Below are positions 9,501 to 16,501 of a stretch of DNA of 64,000 nt, piece by piece. A program made the position numbers and the translations under genes. The notes beneath the pieces are model-generated. The model did no database searches. It was not told the origin of the DNA and worked only from the letters and a program-made list of their open reading frames with translations. Each line of letters begins with the position of its first letter. The stretch's first letter is position 1. Source of the stretch: a virus. Lineage: Duplodnaviria > Caudoviricetes. The stretch spans positions 56,528 through 120,527 of IMG/VR virus record IMGVR_UViG_2728369482_000003. The stretch is one strand, 5' to 3'.

Positions 9501-11943
9501 CGAGGCCCAGACGGGTAAACCGGGCGAAGATCCCTTGACCCTATCCCAGACAATTGTCCGGCAGTACGAGACAAAATTCCCGGTAACGTCAGAGACGGTT
9601 TCCGATACGGACTGGAATCAGTTCGTCGATACCGGAAAATTACCGGTTGGTTCAACCGTAGTTGACAAACTAATTCAGAAAATTAAACTGGGTCAACCGC
9701 TGGATCAGCGGGAAACCTCCCTGTACGGAGAACCGGCTATTGCCAAACAGGTAGAAGCAGCTCTAAAACAGGCGGCTGAAAAACCCAAGGCTCCATCCCT
9801 GTTTGATCTGGGTACAGCGAGTACCGAAGATGACTCAGAGAAAGTTGAATCCATTCCCAAACCGGTTGACAAAAATACGACATCAGACCTCGTCACATCC
9901 GCTGAAGCTCAACCGGTTAAGCCGATTCGTAGTCTGTTCGATCTGGGAACACCCGGAGAAGTCGAGGATGAAGCTAATCCGGTATTCGATCCGATCAAAC
10001 ACGGATTGAAGCTGGGTATCACCCCAATCGAACGGGAACGGCTGAATCCCGAGCAATTGACAGTACTGGATAAAGCTAAGACCATCAATCCGGCAATCGA
10101 GGAACTCTACACCCGGCTGGGACGTCCGGCTATGAAGCCCGGTAGTCTGGCCAACAAGTTCAACACGACCGGAATGCTGCTCTTCGACGGTAAGCCCATC
10201 TACGCCGACCCGGACAAGCTGGAAACGGATCCGGTTCTGCGGGCTGAATGGGAAAAAGTGGTAAACAGCCGGCAGAATCTGATACGGGCTCAATCGGCAG
10301 GTACACCCCTATCGCAACTGTTGGACTGGTCAGTACTGGACCGGCAGCAGGCGGGACTATCGGACGAAGCTACGACGCTGTCGATGGATCCAGGCCTGCA
10401 GCGAAGTTCGGTTCCCTACTACCTGGTGGGCCGGGACAAGCAGTCCGGGGTCGGCAGTCTGGTGATTCCCTTATCGGAGAGTTTACGGGTTAATTCGTTT
10501 GTCCTGCCGATGCTACTGGAACAGCCTGGCTTCTCGCCGGCCCAGCTAAGTCAGCTACGGGAACTGGGACCGGAAAATCCGCTATTGACCCAGGTTCTAT
10601 CGATTACGGGAGAGCCAGGTTACCGATTCTTACAGAAGGCCCGGCTAGTCAATGCCGTGGAAAGCTTCGGGGAGTACATGGCCGCTGCCGAACGATTCAA
10701 CCGGGATACCGGGCAATTGACGGGTTTGCTGGATAATGGACAGGTTAGTCCGGAGCTGGTTCATCAGCTGGACCGGCTGCAGCTGGAACTGGCCGCCAGT
10801 AAACCCTTTACCGATCAGGGCCTGGTACCGGTAACGGAGATGGGTTTTGGAATCGATGGAAAACACCTGATCGTCCGTAAGAGCCGAACCGAATCGGGAG
10901 TTGTTGAAATTAAACAGGTAGCTTCCACTTTGGATAACGATGTTACTATTGATGAAGAAGCGTTTGCCAGCTGGCAACCAGTGATCCAGCAGAGCCTGCA
11001 GAATTACCAGGCGGCCCGGGTCAATGATCTCTACGACGGGTATTACTACATCAGCAGCCCCTCATCGAGCAGTAACTACGTGTACGGCTTTCGGGTAGTA
11101 TCGCCCGACGGGATGGCTAAGCTGGAACAACTGATTCAGCGGGGTGAATCGTTTAGTCCTCAGGAGCAGTCGTTCTATCTATCAATCGGGCAAAAAGAGT
11201 ACCGGCTGGAAGTCCGGGGGGATAAACTGAATGAAGGTAAACTGAGTCTACAGCTGCAACCGGCCGATCTGGATGGGAAACTAAGTAAGACTGAAAAGCA
11301 GCAGCAGACCTGGTATTCCCCCTCGATCGACGTAGCCGGGGTTCGGTCGGGTCAGAAAAAACTGCTGGACGAGCTAAACCGGGTAGCCGGTGAACTAAAA
11401 CAGAAAGACGGGAAAGCTACGCCCATCAAACCGATAATCAGTCAGGTTCAGCTGGACGAAGCCGATCGGTATAAACGCATGGTTCAGATCAGCTCTCCGG
11501 CCGTATTCCGCCGGGCCGATCTTCGGTGGAACCTGTTGCAGCCGGCCGGGGACGAAATCGTGTTGAATCTGCCGGTAAAGCCGGTTGTTCAGACGGGTAT
11601 GGAACAGCTACCTGCCGTATCAGGGTCTTCTCCGGAGAACTCGTTTATTCATTCAAGTCTACAATCATTATTGGATCAGGGTGTAAGTCTCGATCTATTG
11701 AAAGCAGTATCGGAATGGATAAATGAGAATCCAACGGATATTGTTAATCTTTCGGGAATGACATTTACGGTAGACGATTTATTGGAGCTTGATCCAACAG
11801 ACGAAGATCAAGTAGCTGCTGTATATAACGATATGACCAGTGTACAAACAGGTAGCTGGCACCCAACTCCGACAACCCGGCTGCAACAGAGTCCGGACAA
11901 CCTGGATCAGATCGTTGACCGTTTAATAAAGCAGTGCCACTGA
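6505..11943 (+). CDS. giant virion ejected protein with Gly/Ala-rich membrane-inserting segments, 1812 aa
   Basis: Gly/Ala hydrophobic segments (aa ~205-245 and ~505-520), EGLEESLQ motif and long coiled coils. Its only Cys is the penultimate residue. TAATG overlap with the upstream gene. Confidence 0.65.
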   Translation: MNPQAPTPPNPVFDPNRVPFEGAGEPKPLPLSPLEIASSISAPLIKEAARKPSPADTLLKLGQSEMLTGREAQEASRYTDGGNTYLRGRDNEAVAAAGQGFWSRTWNDTKALVGITGSSILQAPLAIPQLVKAGVSLLQGEGIDKALDYARGEEGSWMRGLSDWQDQLNQDTTNYSSSWARENPWKNLIPGYGGEGGTDFGSLVRSGGFVLSGIATSLAEGALGAALAPVTGGISLAAVGVDLTGKLVRGFKALSTIGKSLDKLDDALRLKREAEGVLHGVDTIQGLGKLWSGIDTPLGNLSTRSALHGFLLANSEASLEGYGAEKELERTLLDQYYQQTGQEATGEARSRIQSVAQQAGNSTYLWNHALLGVSNKFQIDSILKNFSATKQLFSGLEGDLYRAERKTGTNVFEAVRQGSKPLISSAPEGASWFSRGLGAGKAVGTQGLLSLSEGLEESLQKAVTDGTQSYYQYKYNHGGKADLQNGLDAATHGLSEAFGTSSGWTEFIGGMLIGSLFGGGSKALFDWRSAPGQQKRAEALAQQFNLSMPDFQRVIQQQLTGSLAGADLLTKGAETNAVLGASSVGAQAASQGQQRIFQNQKNSAEFSFLYPFVRQGADSVLKEQLDSFKQDIEKRPDEFRQAYGIDGSVPTDKLRGIIDHLGTKLESLQRAHDRYAPLFINPYKKDPSSEDYRDFEAYRAELLHNDYLRQSYGERIAKLQGKTSLLGETDWTSPAGWKARKGQISNRLTELDSLISLAKQSLAPTGDRTNPTDEEVARVDRQLRSQQRAEREELEARLSAIEQIQTGNFTDYDAVLDTIKAELTHPDMGTGLPKTITHTELAQLLQDRYDVGELQASIDKLTELFNGLSSRKGFEDYRVTTDRYRAKQVQKELEKLLSSRTALRDEIVGQFDSVADAELHLGSLDELTARYGSDYNQNPDSVRTELGQLITEKKAEKADEKARRDDEIRILSELVKGDPRVAAVQSRADQTGAELTKLIEAQTGKPGEDPLTLSQTIVRQYETKFPVTSETVSDTDWNQFVDTGKLPVGSTVVDKLIQKIKLGQPLDQRETSLYGEPAIAKQVEAALKQAAEKPKAPSLFDLGTASTEDDSEKVESIPKPVDKNTTSDLVTSAEAQPVKPIRSLFDLGTPGEVEDEANPVFDPIKHGLKLGITPIERERLNPEQLTVLDKAKTINPAIEELYTRLGRPAMKPGSLANKFNTTGMLLFDGKPIYADPDKLETDPVLRAEWEKVVNSRQNLIRAQSAGTPLSQLLDWSVLDRQQAGLSDEATTLSMDPGLQRSSVPYYLVGRDKQSGVGSLVIPLSESLRVNSFVLPMLLEQPGFSPAQLSQLRELGPENPLLTQVLSITGEPGYRFLQKARLVNAVESFGEYMAAAERFNRDTGQLTGLLDNGQVSPELVHQLDRLQLELAASKPFTDQGLVPVTEMGFGIDGKHLIVRKSRTESGVVEIKQVASTLDNDVTIDEEAFASWQPVIQQSLQNYQAARVNDLYDGYYYISSPSSSSNYVYGFRVVSPDGMAKLEQLIQRGESFSPQEQSFYLSIGQKEYRLEVRGDKLNEGKLSLQLQPADLDGKLSKTEKQQQTWYSPSIDVAGVRSGQKKLLDELNRVAGELKQKDGKATPIKPIISQVQLDEADRYKRMVQISSPAVFRRADLRWNLLQPAGDEIVLNLPVKPVVQTGMEQLPAVSGSSPENSFIHSSLQSLLDQGVSLDLLKAVSEWINENPTDIVNLSGMTFTVDDLLELDPTDEDQVAAVYNDMTSVQTGSWHPTPTTRLQQSPDNLDQIVDRLIKQCH

Positions 11944-11973
11944 GTCTGTTGATTTTTTACCGTTCGATAAAAG

Positions 11974-12008
11974 AGCCTACCGATGTAACTATCTGGTAGG
12001 CTTATTTT
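11974..12008 (+). terminator. intrinsic terminator
   Basis: agcctacc...ggtaggct stem followed by tattttt, just after the stop of the 1812 aa gene. Confidence 0.6.
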
Positions 12009-12041
12009 TAAGCAATACATACTAGAATAAATACGACTGTT

Positions 12042-13112
12042 ATGGGCACATATCCTTTGATTGTAATTCCTTCAGTAATCAACAAAATCATTCTAGGTGA
12101 TATACCAATTAACCCTCCTCCACGACTTCCTACTAAACCAACTATACCAACCGAACCGAAGAAACCGGATTTAAAGCCTATAGCTGATTTTCCATTATTG
12201 GTTTTGATGAAGTATGGATCCTTCATTACAGGATTTGCTTCATTCATTATTTTTGTCATCAATTTATTAAATTTAGAAAGAACTGGACGCTTTACTTTAC
12301 TACCTACCCTATTATTTATATTCTTTGGCTGGAGATTATCTCGCTATATAACCAACAAGAAATTAGATGTCATTATAGACAACCAATACTTAGAAAGTAA
12401 TTACGAATCAGACGTTGAGAATTATAAAACCTTTGAATTACCCCAATATCAAAAAAACGTTCAACACTATCGTACGTTATACGATTCATACAAAATTACC
12501 AAAAAGAGATGGGAAGAAGAGTTAACAAAAAGAGAAGATGAAAAATATAAAGCAAGTTTGAAAACTGAATTAATTACAATTCTACTAAAAGGTTCAAAAA
12601 CACTTATTAAAAATAAAAAGAGAATAATTAAAGGAACTTCTGAGGAATTATTTTTATATTCATTAAATACACATTTTCCAGGAAAAATATTAACCGGTTT
12701 TAGTATACCTGTGGCGGGGGAAGATTATTTATATACACCCGACTTTATTCTATTTGAAAAAGAACTTAATCTGTATATCGACATAGAAATAGATGAGCCC
12801 TACGTTGGCCGTACCGGAGAGCCCATCCATTTTATAGAATCTTCTGATCAAGTACGGGATGCCTGTTTTATAGAAAACAATTGGATTGTCGTTCGTTTTA
12901 CCGAAAAACAGGTTTACGGGTCACCAACGGCTTGTTGCCATGAAATAGCTCGTGTAGTTAATCAGATCAAACCTATCTATGATTGGGCTGACCCGAGTAT
13001 TACTGTAACCGTAGAACCACAGTGGACACTACAAGAAGCCATTCAAATGGCTAAGGATAATAGCCGAAATAAATATTTACCTTTTTTCAACTGGTTTTCA
13101 CCAGTTAAATAA
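12042..13112 (+). CDS. membrane-anchored DUF559/Vsr-like PD-(D/E)XK endonuclease
   Basis: Pro-rich N-terminus, two TM helices and a coiled coil, then YTPDF...IDIEIDEPY...PIH...D..RD..F..NNWIVVRFTE. Strongly AT-rich. Confidence 0.7.
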   Translation: MGTYPLIVIPSVINKIILGDIPINPPPRLPTKPTIPTEPKKPDLKPIADFPLLVLMKYGSFITGFASFIIFVINLLNLERTGRFTLLPTLLFIFFGWRLSRYITNKKLDVIIDNQYLESNYESDVENYKTFELPQYQKNVQHYRTLYDSYKITKKRWEEELTKREDEKYKASLKTELITILLKGSKTLIKNKKRIIKGTSEELFLYSLNTHFPGKILTGFSIPVAGEDYLYTPDFILFEKELNLYIDIEIDEPYVGRTGEPIHFIESSDQVRDACFIENNWIVVRFTEKQVYGSPTACCHEIARVVNQIKPIYDWADPSITVTVEPQWTLQEAIQMAKDNSRNKYLPFFNWFSPVK

Positions 13113-13114
13113 CG

Positions 13115-13513
13115 TTATTGTTTATTTCCTGTGACAGTCGTTGTTGTATACGCTTTATCACTATCTGTATTAGCTATACTACCAGTAACGGCTGTGTAGC
13201 TAAAACCATTTTCGGTAAATTCTCCTGTCAATTTTTGATTGGTATAACTGGGATCTCCAGTAAATGTTTTACCATTCATAATAAGTTCTTGTCCACCCAG
13301 TTGTGAACTAGTTAATAAAAGACGATCCTGAGAAGAGCCTTTCTTTATATCAACCGAACTAACCCCTTGTTGGGTGTTATAAATAGTACTATTGATTGAT
13401 ACAACCTGTTGATAACGTATGGAATACGTACCCGTATAATCCGGCGTAGCTTCAGTGGATTTACAGCTACTACCCAGCACAACGGGTAATAGCAGATAAT
13501 ACAGCTTTTTCAT
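13115..13513 (-). CDS. lipoprotein (beta-rich)
   Basis: MKK, hydrophobic stretch and LGSS-C lipobox. Confidence 0.75.
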   Translation of the reverse strand: MKKLYYLLLPVVLGSSCKSTEATPDYTGTYSIRYQQVVSINSTIYNTQQGVSSVDIKKGSSQDRLLLTSSQLGGQELIMNGKTFTGDPSYTNQKLTGEFTENGFSYTAVTGSIANTDSDKAYTTTTVTGNKQ

Positions 13514-13515
13514 AG

Positions 13516-13866
13516 TTAAGTGGTTTGTTTGTAACCTATATATTCATATTGGGATTCGGGAATGTTTTTCTGGTTTTGATCTATAAGACTGATTACACTT
13601 GTAAATCGTAAACCTTCATCGGTAAAGGTTCCAACAATACTCGGATTAGGAATTTCAGGATCGTGTACAAATTCATTACCTGTTAATACAACCTCAAATA
13701 GTTCTTCATTATCAGGAATCATGAGTAATCTGTTTTTAGATGATCCCCGTTTGATAGTTAACTGTGAGACCGATCGTGTAACATAATTGATATTTACCGG
13801 AAATAAGGTCTTTTTTGAACACCTGACGGTATACGTACCCAGGTATTGGTTGATATCTTCGTTCAT
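13516..13866 (-). CDS. signal-less paralogue of the adjacent lipoprotein
   Basis: YLGTYTVR...VSQLTIKRGSSKNRLLM...GTFTDEGLRFTSV aligns with YTGTYSIR...VSSVDIKKGSSQDRLLL...GEFTENGFSYTAV. Confidence 0.65.
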   Translation of the reverse strand: MNEDINQYLGTYTVRCSKKTLFPVNINYVTRSVSQLTIKRGSSKNRLLMIPDNEELFEVVLTGNEFVHDPEIPNPSIVGTFTDEGLRFTSVISLIDQNQKNIPESQYEYIGYKQTT

Positions 13867-13950
13867 TGGGTTGATAAGTAAGTAACCATTGTTCTCCTGA
13901 TCTCAGGATCAATGGTAGTACTACTTACTCACGAAGTCAACTCCTATTGA

Positions 13951-14388
13951 TTAAGCGGCAATCTGATAAGTTACAAATGTATGTTTTTCGGGAGTATACA
14001 AACCTACCTTTTCACACTCAGCCCGGGTAAAAAACTCGATGGTAAAATCCATGGTGTTCTTTTTCCGGGCTGCTTTTTCCAAAGCATACCGTTTGTCGGT
14101 TACACCGGTTACGTCCTGTAACCAGCCTTCTTTTTTGATCTGGTAAGCCCAGTGCTCACAGGCTTTGAACGTCCGGTTCAGCTTGCAACAGGCTTCCTTG
14201 ACCAAGCAAGTGTCTACTTTACTAGTGTCACCATTTGGAAACACCGTGTCTACTAAAAAATACAGTTCTTCATCTGACCAGATAGCGGGGTTAGCCGAAT
14301 GCCCGTTAATCGTATAATTACGGGGAGATTGTAAACCATTGATTCGTTTCATAACTTTAACTATCAAATCACCATGAGCCTGGCTCAT
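13951..14388 (-). CDS. putative Myb/SANT-like HTH DNA-binding protein
   Basis: WSDEELYFL...ACCKLNRTFKACE resembles the W.xEE..L...L.RT..A pattern. Confidence 0.4.
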   Translation of the reverse strand: MSQAHGDLIVKVMKRINGLQSPRNYTINGHSANPAIWSDEELYFLVDTVFPNGDTSKVDTCLVKEACCKLNRTFKACEHWAYQIKKEGWLQDVTGVTDKRYALEKAARKKNTMDFTIEFFTRAECEKVGLYTPEKHTFVTYQIAA

Positions 14389-14417
14389 GGCTTGTTTTGG
14401 ATTAAATGTTTGGAAAT

Positions 14418-14451
14418 AAAAAAGCCCTCCGGACCTTCCGGAGGGCTTTTT
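14418..14451. terminator. bidirectional intrinsic terminator
   Basis: aaaaaa-gccctccgga-cct-tccggagggc-ttttt, a perfect 10-bp stem. Confidence 0.85.
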
Positions 14452-14508
14452 CGGTAAAATGGATTACCGAACGGCTAATACTATACGTACGTTTTACGGA
14501 TTGACTAT

Positions 14509-14934
14509 TTACAGTCGAACGTGTCCTTCTTTGATGGTGAATTTGTAAGCCGGATTTTCCGGGTCGTCTTCGAACTGAAACAGCTCGACCATGTACTGGT
14601 ACTGTTTATCCAGAAAATCAGCAATGTTCAATTGCTGCAGAATACCTGGGATTTTAAAACCATACCCTTTACCTACTCGTTGAAGCTTCAAAATTTGGTC
14701 GTCTTCTTCGTTAGCTTCAACAGGCATTACGATCAGTTCTTTGGCCCGACCTTTTCCCGGTGCTTTACCGACTTTGAAGTAGCCATCCAATGGCGTATCC
14801 AGTTCTTCAATTACTTTAGTGTGCAGTACGATCTCACCCCGTTTGGTTACGTTGCCTTCTAAAACGGGGGACGTTTGGGGACGCTTTAACTGAAAATCTT
14901 TTCGGTGAAAGAATTCGACATCAACCTTTTTCAT
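14509..14934 (-). CDS. hypothetical protein, possibly AbrB-like swapped-hairpin regulator
   Basis: 141 aa. VTKRGEIVLHTKVIEEL resembles the AbrB/SpoVT hairpin-helix. Confidence 0.35.
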   Translation of the reverse strand: MKKVDVEFFHRKDFQLKRPQTSPVLEGNVTKRGEIVLHTKVIEELDTPLDGYFKVGKAPGKGRAKELIVMPVEANEEDDQILKLQRVGKGYGFKIPGILQQLNIADFLDKQYQYMVELFQFEDDPENPAYKFTIKEGHVRL

Positions 14935-14983
14935 GTTAGGGATTTGTTTGGCGTAATTTGGACACGATTAACAATCGATACCA

Positions 14984-14991
14984 CAAAGGTA
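14984..14991 (-). promoter_or_regulatory. Bacteroidota sigma-A -7 box (TAnnTTTG)
   Basis: TACCTTTG on the minus strand ~50 nt upstream of the 14934 start. No clear -33 TTTG. Confidence 0.55.
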
Positions 14992-15073
14992 AGTATCCGT
15001 TCGTATAAATGGTTCGACATTTGTACAACCCAAATAGGATTATACTATAACTCAAATATACAAAAATTACTTA

Positions 15074-15098
15074 TTGGTATACGTCTCAAGTATACCAA
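15074..15098. repeat. 9-7-9 inverted repeat, operator-like
   Basis: ttggtatac-gtctcaa-gtataccaa in the AT-rich intergenic region, flanked by direct aaattact copies. Confidence 0.5.
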
Positions 15099-15148
15099 AT
15101 TACTAGACAAATTCCTATATTGATTTGATTTTACCGGTTGATCAGCTC

Positions 15149-15583
15149 TTAATGAAGGACGTGGACCCGGCGGTAATCCGCCAGGATTGACTTGACTTCC
15201 TCATTTTCCTGTCCGTTAATCCAATGGAGTTGAATGGTGTATCCCTGCTCCCGTTTGAGCGCGTACCTAAGTTCCAGTGTTTCATTGCTATACCGTTGGT
15301 ATAATTTTTCTACTTGTTCGGTATAACCCCATTCCAAATACTTTCGAATGAACTGTTGATCAGTGAAGACCTGAATCTTTTTGTCGGCAGGTTGATGATC
15401 TGATAACCACTGTAAACCGTCTTTGACAGCCAGAAAACCACCAATAATGTTTGTTGAATCAGCTATATCGATCAGGTTTACCTTAGAATCAACCAGAAGG
15501 TTATTCTCCCGAACGGTATACGCCGTATGAATTGGTCCGCCTGGATTCGGGTAGCAATGAGCGGTGGTGAAAATTTGAATCAT
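15149..15583 (-). CDS. RNase HI-like protein with degenerate active site
   Basis: IQIFTTAHCYPNPG / STNIIGGFLAV..GL / IQVFTDQQ / LHWINGQENEEV follow the RNase HI motif order, but only the second Asp is retained. Confidence 0.65.
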   Translation of the reverse strand: MIQIFTTAHCYPNPGGPIHTAYTVRENNLLVDSKVNLIDIADSTNIIGGFLAVKDGLQWLSDHQPADKKIQVFTDQQFIRKYLEWGYTEQVEKLYQRYSNETLELRYALKREQGYTIQLHWINGQENEEVKSILADYRRVHVLH

Positions 15584-15585
15584 CG

Positions 15586-16125
15586 TTAGAGTGAATCGAA
15601 ACTGAATTTAGGTTGAACTTCAACTATGGGTGATTTGGGAGGCTGGGTAGCACCACGCTTCTGGTGAGCCACAATCTGTAAAGCAGCCGGGTTATGTTTT
15701 TTGAAATATTCTATCCGGTTACCGTTAAACAGGTAATGGGGATTGATCCAGTATTCATTCATACACCGCCGAGCCAAGAATCCATTTTTGATTAACTGCT
15801 CAATCGAAGCATAAAAAGTGGGGCGGCTGAATCGTACGGCTTTACAGACGTCAACCGCTCGTAGTTTGACAATATCCTGGTTCTTCTTCAGGGTATACGT
15901 TATGTGTAAGAGTAGATCCCGGGAGGATGGACTCAGTACCCCAAATACCAGGTCTTCGGTTGTCTTATCATAGTAGAGCTTACAGCTTAATCGTTGATCA
16001 CTGTAATACCCTTTCCGTAGTTCTTCATAATCGAGGGTTACATCTTCTTCAAAAACAGTTTTAATGGTTGACGACTGAATGACTCGTATTACCGGCAGTC
16101 GGTACGAGTAGATAAAAGGATTCAT
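15586..16125 (-). CDS. repL: RepL-like replication/maintenance HTH protein
   Basis: HTH (VCKAVRFSRPTFYASIEQL...GFL) followed by the YWINPHYLFNGNR signature. Start placed at MNPF (16125). Confidence 0.65.
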   Translation of the reverse strand: MNPFIYSYRLPVIRVIQSSTIKTVFEEDVTLDYEELRKGYYSDQRLSCKLYYDKTTEDLVFGVLSPSSRDLLLHITYTLKKNQDIVKLRAVDVCKAVRFSRPTFYASIEQLIKNGFLARRCMNEYWINPHYLFNGNRIEYFKKHNPAALQIVAHQKRGATQPPKSPIVEVQPKFSFDSL

Positions 16126-16139
16126 AAAAGTCTGATTGA

Positions 16140-16370
16140 TCCGCAAGTAGTAAAGATTTCTAACACATTTTTGGTTCGATTTGGTTAACATTTTTGATAC
16201 TCTTAAAAGTTAATATTCTTTACCATACCCCTATTTTTCTACCGTAAAACATATAACCCTTCATTGATCCAGTATAACTATAACAGGTTAAGTTAGAAAC
16301 ACCCTATGCTATTTAATTGGTAATCAATAATCTATAACACATTTTTATGTTAACTTTATACTAACACGGG
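16140..16370. other. AT-rich origin-like region with short direct repeats
   Basis: taacacattttt at 16161-16172 and 16335-16346, each followed by gttaac. Several tataac copies. Lies directly upstream of repL. Confidence 0.35.
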
Positions 16371-16487
16371 AACCCACGGAAAAACGGGAAGCTTGGATTC
16401 TTTTCCGGATTAAACCTGAATAAATCCGAATTGAATTACGGACCAAACTCGTCCATTCAGGCTCCTGACCCGGTGAAGCAGTTCGGT

Positions 16488-16495
16488 TACCTTTG
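16488..16495 (+). promoter_or_regulatory. Bacteroidota sigma-A -7 box upstream of the RNAP gene
   Basis: TACCTTTG 6 nt before ATG 16502. The track's TTG start lies inside this box. Confidence 0.5.
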
Positions 16496-16501
16496 CTCAT
16501 T

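Noticed and set aside
14905-15123. 72 aa plus-strand ORF in the island
   Set aside because: It overlaps a promoter box and palindrome and has no recognisable features. More likely regulatory DNA.
16126-16191. Track start sites for repL (16191), RNAP (16493), vWA protein (51481) and others
   Set aside because: Downstream ATGs fit gene coupling and promoter positions better, so the starts were reassigned.
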